A stretch of 64,000 nucleotides of DNA from the human T2T-CHM13v2.0 reference genome, Homo sapiens, in assembly GCF_009914755.1 (NCBI RefSeq), contig NC_060925.1. One strand, 5' to 3'. A program made the position numbers and the translations under genes. Below, piece after piece: positions 16,238 to 28,504 of the stretch. Numbering within the stretch: the stretch's first letter is position 1; every line of letters starts with the position of its first letter. The notes under the pieces were generated by a model. The model was given only the letters and a program-made list of their open reading frames with translations. It searched no databases and was not told where the DNA came from.

Positions 16238-19200
16238 CCTATGCCCTTTGAATTGTCATCAGGTGACCTGGGGACCAGGGAAGGTTGACCTGAACATGGG
16301 AGTCTGCCCACATATCCCTTTCACAGACGTCCCCTTCTCAATACTTCTATGGCTGTATTGGAAAGCCTGGCAAAAATGGCTCTGCCATTACCTTCCTGCG
16401 TGGCCTTTAGCAAGACACTCCGCTTTTCTGGGCCTGTTTCCTCTACAGATACAGAATAGGGCAATTAGACTAAGTGTGGATAGGAAAGGATGAGCAGCTG
16501 GGAAGGAATCTCTGTTACCCTCTTCCTCCGGCTTGCTTTCTCTAATGGTCAGATAGATTTCTAGCCCCCAACTCCTACTCAGGAGACTCACAGAAGGATG
16601 TTCAGGGATTTCTGTGTTTTCCATTCTTATTTCTAAGGCCTTGAAGGGCCCAAATTTGGGGACCCTGTACTAGGTACATTATTCTCCATTCTCCACCCTC
16701 CACTGTCCTGCCTTTTGTCTTGGAAGCCAACTTCTACAGACTATATAATCAGGGCATGTTCACCCTCTGGCTTTGACTGGGTTTGGCCAGTGGGAGACAA
16801 TGGCAAGAAGGATTGGAGGATTGGAGGAGAAAAAAGTGGAAGTCATACTCTCCCAGTGCCTCCCTGTGTTTCTGGCAGTGGTGGCATCATGTGATTGCAA
16901 CACCAGTTGGGCAGCCCCTCTCCCTCACTTCCTGCTGTCACTGGTTTTCATCACAAAATTCCCTCCCTTTCTCTGCTCTGGTCCAGGAGTGCTAGAAAGG
17001 CTTTTTGCTTTTGCCAGTCCCTAGATTAGTTCCCTCTGCCCTGCACACAACCTTGTGAATAGTTCTTCCAGTAAACCATTTTCAGTAGACCCTTGGAACG
17101 TGCTTTCTCTTTCCTTTCATATCTAACTGATACACACTCTTGCTATTTTTCTTCCAACTTTCAGAATTAGGGTTCTAACTGTCCCAGCTGTGGAAAGGTT
17201 CATCTGGAAGACCTAGAGTTTTGAGGGACAAAGCAAGGGTCTCTTTTCTGTTGCTGGGCACCTGCCTCCAGTTGCATACACCTTCTCTGATCCTTGGTGC
17301 GAATGAGTAAGGGGAAAGTCATCTAATGCTACTGGGTGACATATTTTACCAAACACTCTTCTATTGCTCACTATAATTATGTGAATTGTGTATAAGCTGC
17401 GTTCCTCTCATAATTTATTTCATTTTTGGGTGGCAGACTTCCAAATTCCCTCTCTTTTATTCATGCATAACACATGAATGATTCACAAGTGGTAAAGTCA
17501 ACAGGGCCCCTTCCGCTTCAGTCCCCATCTGTAAAAATGGTTTATCAACCTCATGTTGAGGTTCAGAGTTGGTATAATATCAACCCTCATATTGAGGGTT
17601 GGTGTGAGGACTAAATGAGTACCATCTGTAAATCCTTAGAGCAGCAGGTGCAAAGTGCTAGCCCACACCATGAGTATTTGCTCATCTGATTCATCTCGGC
17701 CCCCTTTCCTACAATTTATATGTAGGAAGGGGGAAAAGGGGACTTCGGTAGGAATTTCTAAGTGCTCCCTCCAGCTTCCGGGGTTTTCCGCAGCACCCCT
17801 TCCTCTCTCAACACCCATTTCTGAGTAGATTTCCTTTTCCGCAACCTTTTCATCCCAGGAAGTTCCAGGAAGGGCAAGAAGGGCAATTGCGATTCTCACG
17901 TTTTCTGCTCTTAATTCTAAACCAGTGATTGTCAAATAGAGGCCTAGGGAGCCCCACTGACCACAGAAAGTGGGTTTTGCTCTAGGTTATATCTTTGTTA
18001 TTGCTCTTATCTGTTTAAGTTTCAAGATTCTGTTTGAACAATGGTTTCCAAGTCTTTAAAAAGTCGAAAATCCCCCTTCCGATGAGATACAGAAACCCCA
18101 GACTTTAAAACTCTCAGTCTTAAACCTCTTTGGCACCATTGCCAAGAAACTTTTCTCTATTCCATTCAAATAGTTTGTATTCTTTGCCATTTCTGATGCT
18201 CTGAAACAGATATTCAAACAAGCAAGTCTTTATGTATTTATCTGGAGTGTCTTTCTCAAGCACTCAGCATGTTCAGTAGACATTTGTCTCCTTAATTTCT
18301 AGGCCCATGGGAAAGATAACTACAACACTGTTTAACAACAGAGACATTTGAAGGTACAAAACTTTACTGGAACCTGATCCAGCCGCTGCAGTACTTCCAA
18401 CCCATAGAATCCAGCGTTACTAGAGGACCGTCCATTCTGGTTCCAGAGGCTGCTAGGAGCGAGAAAAGTTGGAGAGCAGAAGCTGTACAGGGACTGAGTC
18501 CCGGGGAGGAGTACCCAGCAACTGGAATTGGCTGCGTCATGGGGAGGAGAGTTAGCAAGGTACTAACACTCCAATTGGCTAACACATAATTTCTCTATGC
18601 AGCTTAAGACTTCAGGCAGACAGATATGAACACATGAAGGGAGTAAAAACTCCAACCTCTGGACCACTTCCTGGAGTGCTCCTAACCCAGACTCCCACAG
18701 GGCTTCCTCCCATACTTCATTTAGGTCTTTGGCTCAAATGTTACCTCTTTAGAACTGCCTCAAGACTGGGGCAAGAGGAGCCCCAGTCTAGGGCTCTGAG
18801 CACCTGATTCTCTTCCGTCCATGTTCCTTTCCATAGGGCAAGAAATCCCACGGGCCAACGGGATGTACTCACTCAGAGCTCTTGCCCCTCTCCTTTTTAG
18901 AGCATACTGTGAGTTCCTGGGACCCTAGAAAATAGTGCCGCAATAGCAACAGGTCACCAGCTACAGGCTGCCTCAGCCTTTTCCCAAGGCCTATCCTCCT
19001 GAGGAGCAAGGGGTGGTCAAGGGGAGGCTATTTGCAGGTGTGGACAAAACTCTGATGTGCAGATGTCGTTGTTATAGGTGTGGGCAAAAGGCCATTTGAA
19101 GTATGGGACAGAGCTGGGGTGCCAAGAGAAGAAGGAAGGCTGAGGGCCAAGGACATGTTCCCCCTCCAAAGCACTACGTTCGAGGGCGTATCTCAGAAGG

Positions 19201-20481
19201 GTCCAAGAATCCTAAACTTAAATGTGGCCTTCCAGATTATGATGAAGGTATACATGTCAAGATAAAAGGATAGGAATTTTACATCACCGTTTAATTTGTA
19301 GTTTTAAAATATGTAGACATGATATGTGGGCCTCCATTTGTACTACTGACTCAGTTCTTGCAAATATTAAGGGTAGACCTGTCCCTGATCTTCGTGTGTA
19401 AAATAGCACCTCCTCTGCCACTCTATTCTTACCCCAGTCTACATTTCTTCATAACATCGGTCACCATCTGATCTACATTTACTTATGTATCATCTCTTTA
19501 CCCCCACTGGAATGTAAGTTCCACGTCCCTAGAGTCTATATTTTGTTTACTGCCTTATCCTTATACCTAAACAAGTGCCTGGCACGACACCACTCAGTAA
19601 AACTTGAATAAATGAATAACAAATCTAGGCTCAAAGCTCTTACAGGTGAAAGGGGCTAACCTGGCAGTCACAAAGGAAAAATATCACTGTGACAACCGTC
19701 TGAGGAGCACCTTCTCCCCTTAAAATAACTCACTCAAAACAGTGGAGCTGCAAAGGTGACCAGAGAAAATCCATTAACACCTTAGTGCCCATGACACCAG
19801 GTGAGTTGATCGGGCTACTTGCGAGAGGGACATGTGAGTGAGCGTGGAGAGCTCTGAGTAGGCTGAAGAGCTGGATGTGGGGGATCTGGGCTGCTGGGAA
19901 CCCCGAATGTTGGAATCGCCCTGACAACCTTATGAGGGTGGTCAGATATGGGTCCTGAGGAAACTGATTCCACGGCAACTGCCCGCCAACCCAGCACACC
20001 CCACAGTGAAGAGGGGCTTCTGATCCATGAGTAGGGCCCCTCAAATGATGTTCCCCTTTAGATGGTCATGGTCATCAGCAGGGGTGGGTGCATCGATCCT
20101 GTGGGGTCTTGGTGGTCGCAGACCAAGCGTCCCTCTTCTCACATCTAATTCACAACGTCTCATCGCTCCGCGGGAGCCCAGGAACTGCCCTACAACAGCC
20201 GAAATCCGGGTCGTCTATTCCAACGGACTCCTCTTCCGTTGGATACGGGGGCCGTGAGAGGCCAAACAACCTCCGCGAGGCTACCCCCGCAGCGACCGCT
20301 CGGCGGGCGCTCCATTCCTTTACCGGACTGTACACCTCGCCTCCTGGGGCCTGAGGCGGGAACCCGGGTCGCGCTGCTCCGAGGCCTCGGCGGACCGCGA
20401 AAGGATGGCTCGCCGCCCGGCCAGGGCCAGCCCCTGCAACAAGCTCAGCCCCGCCCGCTCCCGCGCCCAGGAGCGGCCGGC

Positions 20482-20553
20482 GGGGCGGGGTGGCTGGGCC
20501 GGCCTCGGGGGCGGGGGCTCGGGGGCGGGGGCTCAGGGGCGGGGCCACGTGGC
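20482..20553 (+). promoter_or_regulatory. TATA-less core promoter: four GGGGCGGGG Sp/KLF boxes and a palindromic E-box GCCACGTGGC (20544-20553)
   Basis: GC boxes at 20482, ~20508, ~20522 and 20536; CACGTG at 20546-20551; about 90-160 nt upstream of the ATG. Confidence 0.8.
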
Positions 20554-20642
20554 TCCTCCTTGCGGGCGGAGGCAGGCGGTGCCGCGGCGCCGGGACCCGA
20601 CTCATCCGGTGCTTGCGTGTGGTGGTGAGCGCAGCGCCGAGG

Positions 20643-20907
20643 ATGAGGAGGTGCAACAGCGGCTCCGGGCCGCCGCCGTCGCTGCTGCTGCTGCTGCTGT
20701 GGCTGCTCGCGGTTCCCGGCGCTAACGCGGCCCCGCGGTCGGCGCTCTATTCGCCTTCCGACCCGCTGACGCTGCTGCAGGCGGACACGGTGCGCGGCGC
20801 GGTGCTGGGCTCCCGCAGCGCCTGGGCCGTGGAGTTCTTCGCCTCCTGGTGCGGCCACTGCATCGCCTTCGCCCCGACGTGGAAGGCGCTGGCCGAAGAC
20901 GTCAAAG
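20643..20907 (+). CDS. QSOX1: QSOX1 exon 1 (coding part): signal peptide and Trx1 N-terminus with WCGHC (C70-C73 at 20850-20861)
   Basis: MRRCNSGSGPPPSLLLLLLWLLAVPGANA...FASWCGHCIAFAPTWKALAEDVK; donor AAAG|GTGAGA at 20908. Confidence 0.98.
20682..20699 (+). repeat. (CTG)6 encoding the poly-Leu core of the signal peptide
   Basis: ctgctgctgctgctgctg = L14-L19. Confidence 0.95.
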
Positions 20908-23900
20908 GTGAGAAGCGGGGGCGGCCCGCTCCCCCGTGCCCCGCCGCCCGGACCCCTCCACCTGCCCGGTGGGCAGCCTCCTACTCCGGGAGCGCGTCCC
21001 TCTTCCAGTCACCTCCGCCCACCTCTTCCTCTCCGCGCATCCCACGCCCACCACCTTCATGTTTCTCAGCTCCATTTTTGCCTCCCGCTCCCTTGCCTTT
21101 TCCTCTTGGCCCTCATCCCGAGCTTCTTTCCCTCTCCGCGGCCTGGGCCCCCAGACCTGCCCTGCTCGCCCGGTTCGTCCCCCGCCAGGTTACTGCCTCC
21201 TTCCCTGCGAGAGGTCTCCTTTGTTCCTTCCTCCGCATGGTCCGCTGACACCTTACCGTTTCCTGGGCCAGCCTTGTGGCAGTCCTCTTCCTCTCGTCCA
21301 GGGACCCATGTCATCTTCCTGCCAGGTTCCCTAGCTGCTGTGGGTCAGTGCTGGGGAGAAAAGGGAACGGACATCCATTTTGCCTCCCTGCCACCTTTCT
21401 CCACTCCCTCGACTGGTTGACCAGGTGGTACATAGACTTCCTTTCTCATTTTTGTCTTTGATGTGGGTATGTCCACCTGGCAGTTTTCCTATCTCTGTTC
21501 CGGGCCTCTCCTGACTTGCCGCCTCCAGCTCCTTAGCTTCTGGGCCACATCCTTCTCTCTCTTCCCCCGCTCAGACCCTTATATTTTAAACCCATGCACC
21601 CAGAGGCCTTTGGTGCGTGTTTGGCTCTTGCTCCATGTTCCCAATCCCTGGTTGGGGCACCAAAACTATATTTCCTGAATTCCAAGACACCATCAACTGT
21701 GAGACACACTGTTCATTTTATGACAGCCCAAGGGGTAGAAGGATAGGAAAAAACCACTACATGTATAAAGATTTGAAGGTGAACTCTATTACAGAAATGC
21801 TAAAATTTTGAAACACTTAAGACTTAGAGTCGAGGAAATATGGTAATAATAGTAATTAATATTTACGGAGCACCTATCATTTCAGGCACCTTACTAAGTA
21901 CTCGGCATACATTGTCTCATAGTTTCCTTTCCACAATTTAAAGATTCCTGTGGTGTCACACATCCACCTAATCTAGGTAGTGGGTATTTGGCGGGCAGGA
22001 GTGGTATAGTGATAGTGATTTGTTCCTGACTTGCTGCCTCTGAATGGAGTTACTTCCTGACTCTGGTGCTAGGTCGCTAGCACGGCCTCCTACCCTGAAA
22101 TGGTCATTGAATGAGAACTGTGGGCATCTTTGGAAATAGGCCTTTTTCTAGAGAAAGGGGAACTGGAACCATTGTTCCACTGTTGGTATTTCTTGATAAA
22201 TTCAACTCTTTGTGGTAGAACAGTGCCTTTGTAGATGTTAGTTTTCAGACTCACCCTCCTCTTTTCCTGAGCAGCTTGCAGATTGGTTTCTGAAGAGGCG
22301 AGATGGAACCATGTGTACATCTTTTAGCCATATGGTCCTGGAAAATTATTTTTAAATGAAACTTATAAGCTGTTTTGACCTCCAGTTTACACTTGCCTAC
22401 ATGCCTCACTGGTCCCATTAGCTGAACGTGCCTTTCTGAGCAGTGCTTCACACCATTTCAACACATTTGGTCAGGGGAGGAGTGATGTCAACACATCTGG
22501 TCAGGGGAGGAGGGAGGAAGAACATGGATCATGGAACTGGAACACCTAAGATAAGGTAATCTCAGGGGACATTGTGGGCATGAACATCATAAAAATTCCC
22601 AGATCGCTTTCCACTTTGAGGTTATAAGAGGTGTTCAGTGGCTGCAGATGGACTTATTCTAGAATTTCTTCCTTCTTGAGAGTGCTGGGGGGAAAGATTA
22701 GCTTCCAGCTGACTCACATGTTTGGCCTCTTGCAATGCAGGGTTTTTAGTTTTCCTATGAGTTGCATGTCTAGATACTGACCCATTCTGCTCCTGGATGA
22801 GGGTTACCACTTCCAAACAGGATTCCCCAGTGCATGGAGCCTTTCTCTAAAATAAGAAAGCGAAATCAGAATTTAACCTCTGAAAAGGAAATGGAAGGAT
22901 CAAAGTCTGTGGGGGTGAGCCAGGGTAAATGGGAGGTGGGAGATTTCAGTGGAAACTGGAGGTCTCCTGTGAGCCATTGGTGTGAGTCAGTCCTTGAGCC
23001 AGATCGTGTTGGGAGGGCACTGGCAGAATCTGCTGTCAGCCTGCAATGAAGAATGTCCTCCACTCTAACCCAAAGGGGTGTTCCCTGGTGAGGCCCTGCT
23101 GAGAAGCTAGGGTTGGTCTCGCTTCATCTCTGTGTCCTGAGGTTTCTTGAGAAAGGTTGGTTGTGGGCCCGCAGAGGGCTGTGCTCATCCCACCCTGGGC
23201 TGTGTGAGTACTGCCCATGCTCTCTGCTGAGGACACCTGTATCTTGAGGCAGGAACAGAGACAGAGTGAAGGTCACAGGGAGAGAGAAGAATTTTGCAGC
23301 CATATTTGGCTGGCTTCAGGCATTTAATCTGACTGAATAGGGTTCATTTCTTCAGTGACTAGGGCAGTAGATTCTCTAGGCACCTGCTGCCCCGGGGCAG
23401 AGCATGTGTTTCTGAGAACCTGGTTTATCCCCTTTCTATTCCAGAGCAGCTCCGGTTGTCTCACTGTATGTTTTGGAAACTGGTTGTATCCAATTTAGAC
23501 CTTCATTGCTATTCACTGGCTAATCAATCAGCAAATATTTGTTGAGTGATAAGCATTGTTTGCATTGCAGTTGGGGAAATGAGCTACTCATAGAAGGAAA
23601 ATTGGCAACTGTTACAAAGCTGTGTTTGAAAAAGGCCAAAGGAGTGGTTCAGCCATTTCTTATGGGAACCCAGGGGAGGGGAAAGTCACAGAGGGCTAAT
23701 CTGATCACCAGAGGCCTTCATGCCAGTAGTTATTTATTACACGCTTGCCTTATGCCAGCACTTTGCTAAGGGCCTTCACAGGCCATTATTATGACAATCC
23801 TTACCCGGGAAAATATCTGTACTATGGATATTGTCTTCCTCTTTTTTTAAAACAGGTAAGTAACTTTCCAGGTTTACACAGATGCTGGAGAAGGTCATTG

Positions 23901-25173
23901 ACTCCAGCTCTTTTTGGCTTTCTGGAGCCTGGGCAGGTAGAGAGGTGGGTGGAGGAGGAAGGATACTCCAGGTGGAAAACCAGCATGTGCCGAGCTATGG
24001 AGGTGAGGTTCGTAAGGCGTGTGTTTGAGTGACAGTGAGCAGTGTTGGTTTTGCCCCCCTTCTCTTCCACGGCACAGGCCACATCTGCTATGTGTACCTG
24101 TGATTCCCAGCACAGAGCCTGGTGCAGAGTAGGAGCCCACTGCACGTTCATGGTGGCCAGTGGCCTGAGCCTCACAGGATTCCAAATGACAGCGTGAGTG
24201 TAGAACCTTCTGCTGGTGCCGTGGATCCTCTTGACTCAGACCGGGGGTGTCAGCCAGGTGTGAGGGGTAGAGAAGGCATTTTGTCCATCCAGTGACGTCA
24301 CTGCCCAGAAACTGTCAGCAAGGAGGAAGGAAGGCATGAGTTGGTGATCGCATAGTGCTGACTAGCTGGACAGGGCATAAACTAACTCTCTGTGTCAGGA
24401 GAGCTCCTGAATTCTTCGGTGTAGAGTCCAGAGCTGAGGGTCAGTAGATTCTAGTCACTAGACCACCAGGTCTGACTGGCTCTTGGTGGTTTGGGTAAAT
24501 CTGTGCCTCTGTCTTCATGGAAGTCCAGACCCACTTAACACTCGGAGGCTGCATGTTTCTTGTTAAGAGTTGTTTGCCATCCAGCACCTGAACGGTTGTC
24601 AGAGCTAGAAGGGGCATTAGAGATCATTCATCCTGGCCCTCGCTGATCCAGGAGGAAGCAGAGGTCCAGAGAGACATGTGGAGCTCACGGTGCTGCAGCC
24701 AGTTAAACTCCAAGCAAGGCTTCCTGCTCCACCCAGTGCCCTCCCTGCACTTGTGAGTGGGGCAGGGGACGCTGCCCTTGACTCCAGACCAAGCCCCCAG
24801 TGGGGGCTCAGCAGAATCCCCACAACACCCCCTACCAGAGGGCATCCCCTCACCCATCAATCCAAGATTTACAGCTGTCCAACTTCTCTTGCCTCGCCAC
24901 CCTTCCCCTCTCCATTAGTCCATTTATTCTGTGGTTGGTAGAAAAATTACGCTGTTCAGAGCAATAATTGCACCAGGAAAGGGTTTTCTCCCCAGTAGTA
25001 GAGCTAGACTGATACTACTGATCATTTTGGTGTTAGGCATTTAAGACACCTGACACTTCAAAAAGCCTCTGTCACCCAGCTCTGCATTGCGTTGACAGTA
25101 AAGCTTAAATGCAGCTTTGCTTTAACAATGGAGCACTCACATAAGGACCTTCTCTATTCCATCTCCTGTTACT

Positions 25174-25598
25174 TGTCAAAAGACAAAATTACACCACATT
25201 CAAAAATCTTAACTGGCTTCTATTTGTGATTCTGGAATCGGACAACACCACATTCTGTCTTACAGAATGAGTATTCTGATGAGCTGAGCAGAGGAGTTTG
25301 GCTTTATAGACAGAAAAAGGCTGAAGAAAGTAGAAACAGATCAAAAATCTGATTGGTTATTTCGGTCCCTTTTAAAGGTTAAAGCAGAGGAGACTTCTGT
25401 ATGTTGGCTGAAACTGGCTTGTTTGAAGATTTGACTGTTAACTCACTCTCTCCTGATCTTGGAAGGTCAGATCGACAGCTTAGTTTTGGCTTGGTGGCGT
25501 GGAACTTCAGCTTGAGGGACTCCATCTTGGTTTGGTCTCTTGGGCCTTGTGCAGGAGCTCAGTCCCAACCAATGGCCTCCTAGAAATATTATTTAACA
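25174..25598 (-). mobile_element. ERV1-class 3' LTR (MER31-like), antisense to QSOX1
   Basis: The minus strand reads TGTTAAATAATATTTCTAGGAGGCCATTGG...TTTTGACA (TG..CA ends). A polypurine tract (ccaaaaggggagaac) lies immediately upstream. Confidence 0.8.
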
Positions 25599-26818
25599 GT
25601 TCTCCCCTTTTGGTCAGGTTCTCACCTAGGTGAGAGTTACTAAAACAGGGCATCAGCACTACTCTCAGTAATCATCGTTTTGGGTTTTCGGTCTTAACAC
25701 ATCATTTATAGGTTAAGGTGTCCTCATTATCATGCGTTTCTTGGAGTTTTATCATTCCAGCTGGAGAGAGACCATTTAGCATTCAGCAGAGGGCTGCATA
25801 TAGACATTTAAGACTCTTTGAGAGGATACAGTGTAACAGGGAAACTACTGTAATGACTCTCCCCAGGATAATACTAAGAGTTTACAATATGACGCTTAGC
25901 CAGGGACCCATGAACCAAACCAACTAAAATTGAAGAGATCAAAGAATGAGCCAGATGAGGAATTTACCCTTTTTAAGCAAGTACTATTTGTTCATTTTTT
26001 TGCAACTGAGTCTCAATACACTATGTGTCTATCCATGTGCAACAGAAAGTGTCAGCAATTGCACAGATTCCCTGTTCGCTAGTAGGTAGCAGTTCTATTA
26101 TCTAGTATCCCATGACTGGGTTAAATTAAAGCAGGAAGTGAGAACACATGGGTCTAAAAGTCTGACTCTATAAAAGGGACCACTAGTACAGTTTGAACAA
26201 CAGTTGTGTTAGGGATGTTGCTGAAGTTACCCACTGGGCAGACTAAAGGATCCCTTTGGTCATGTAAAGATCTGGGTTTAGCGTGACAAATCCAACAGTT
26301 TGTGAAGTTACCCACAGAAGCCACTGATTGTGAAATTCTAACTACAGCATTATCCTGCCAGACAAAAAAAGGTAGATGTAATCAAGGATAAAGTGGAAGT
26401 CTTATTCCAATGAAACTCTTGTTCAGAAGTTTTGGGAAAGCATGAAGTTGTCAACTTCTTGTCCTGGTTTGCAGTTTGATTGTCTCTGGTTATGGCATTG
26501 GGCATTTTGGTGAACTCTTTGTGTAGCGTACACGTCAGGCATGAGACTTGTCCCTTGAAATGTATATCAAGTTGTTCAGCTTCTGTTTATAGGGCTTTAG
26601 GCACAGAACAGTTCCTGTTCTTAGTTGGAGAATTGTAGCTAGTTATTGGAAGAAACTGGAAGAATTCAGAATTCAATCCATCTTATAGGTAGATGATAAA
26701 AACTTGAAAATGATCAACAAGGCTACAATCTAATAACAGATGTACTATAGTTTTTCTTTAGGAACATATTTTTTCTCTCTATAGTCACCCCCATTTCTAC
26801 CAAAGATAATCAGGGTAA

Positions 26819-26927
26819 GTGGGAGGCAGAGGTCACAGTGAGCCGAGATTGCACCACTGCACTCCAGCCTGGATGACAGAGCAAGACTCCATCTAAAATA
26901 AAATAAAATAAAATAAATAAAATAAAA
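26819..26927 (+). mobile_element. 5'-truncated Alu (right-arm 3' part) with (TAAAA)n tail
   Basis: gggaggcagaggtcacagtgagccgagattgcaccactgcactccagcctgg. Confidence 0.9.
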
Positions 26928-28188
26928 TTCAGACTAATTTGCTTGCAGAAAATATTTAGTCACATCAGACTTGGCCTAATTATTTACATAAGTGTGGCAA
27001 GAATAGTGATTGACCACGTAGGCTCTTCTTAAGTTTGCTTTGCTAGAACTTATCGATAAGGAATCTCAGATTGGACTTTTAACAACTTCTCAAGGCTAGG
27101 AAGTCAACCCAAGCCCAACTTCAGATTTCACCTGCAGTACCTATAGATTCATCATAGGTATATTCTCAAGTATGGCATCACACTCAAAACCTTGGTAATA
27201 TGACCAGTGTTTCCTATTGTATCCTGTTGTAAAGAGAGCAGATACTTATTGAACTTATGCAAATAACAGTATTGCCATAAAAATAGGAATATTCACAAAT
27301 AGTTTCTGAATTCCAGAGAGGTCTTGTAGGGAGAAAATGTTTCCATTTTTGTTCACAAGAGTATACTTACCAAATTGCTGTAAACTATAGATAGCTTAAA
27401 AGAAAATAAGTTTTCTTAAATCTGGACAACAAAACATTAAAAAGAACCAGCAACGTTTCAAATTTAAAAACCAGAAAAACCCATAATTCTTCATTAGTTC
27501 ATTTAGTCTCATGTAATTAATTCTTGTTGTGCTTGATCTTGGTTATCAGTTTTGCAGACCCATCAGTTTTTTTCATTAGAGTTCTGGAAATTCTTTCCCA
27601 GTCCAATCGTATTATCTCGAAGTTATCAGAAATGGTACTTATCAGAGACGTTTCCGTGGATCTCCTTGAAGATGAAGCACTTCAGGATTATAGTTGCTTA
27701 GAAAAAAGCTTTTAGAAAAACATCAGAATAAAGCAATTAACTGTAGACAATAAGACTTAAAATGGTTGTGGTTAAAGATCTGATGAGAGTTCATAGTAAT
27801 AATGACACAATTGACAAGGAAATCTGGTTATTGCTGTGCATACAACATTTTAACCTAATAACCAAAATTAAGGCTGATAATGTATCATATTTCTAGGAAT
27901 ATCATATAATTTTGGGGATACACCTTAATAGCAAGTATAAACATACATCAATAAATATAACTCAAAGAAGATTAAACATCATTTCTTGTTTGACAATGCT
28001 TCCCATATAATTAATACATCAAATGAGCCTAACTAGTTTAGTATCTCCCCTTTGCAGAATCTTTGAGATGTTCCAGGGCCCCCTGAAATGTTCCAAAGTT
28101 ACTTCAAGTTCAGAAAGCCTTAATTTAGAATTTGATTTTGGGAAGTTTGTACAAAATGTCAAAGGTTTAAAATTAAAACACTTAATCA

Positions 28189-28504
28189 GCCTGGGCATGG
28201 TGGCTCATGACGGTAATCCCAACACTTTGGGAGGCCGAGTCAGGAGGATACCTTGAGCCTAGGGGTTCGAGACCAGTCTGGGCAACATAGGAAGACCCCA
28301 TTTCTATATTAAAATTTTAAAAAATTAGCCAGGTGTGGTGGTGTGCACCTGTGGTACCAGCTACTTAAGCAGCTGAGGTGGGAGAATTACTTGAGCCCAG
28401 GAGATTGAGGACAGGTGAGCCACGATCGCACCACTGCACTCCAGCCTGGATGACATAGTGAGACCTTATCTCAAAACAAAAACAAAAAAGCAAAACAAAA
28501 AAAA
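28189..28504 (+). mobile_element. Alu (AluJ-like) inside the ERV remnant
   Basis: TSD cacttaatca / cacttgatca. Confidence 0.93.

Larger units (their letters stand above)
20090..21250. promoter_or_regulatory. CpG island spanning the QSOX1 promoter, exon 1 and start of intron 1
   Basis: Abrupt rise in GC and CpG density compared with the CpG-depleted flanks; boundaries estimated by eye. Confidence 0.92.

Noticed and set aside
20150-20858. Antisense ORFs over the CpG island (168 aa and 137 aa, the latter with poly-Q)
   Set aside because: They are low-complexity Pro/Arg/Ala frames produced by high GC. The poly-Q is just the reverse complement of the (CTG)6.
20490-21248. 252-aa ORF read as a single-exon protein or an N-terminally extended QSOX1
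   Set aside because: It starts at a GTG within the promoter GC boxes and runs through the exon 1 donor into intron 1. The real start is ATG 20643, followed by the signal peptide. Stop-poor frames are expected in a CpG island.
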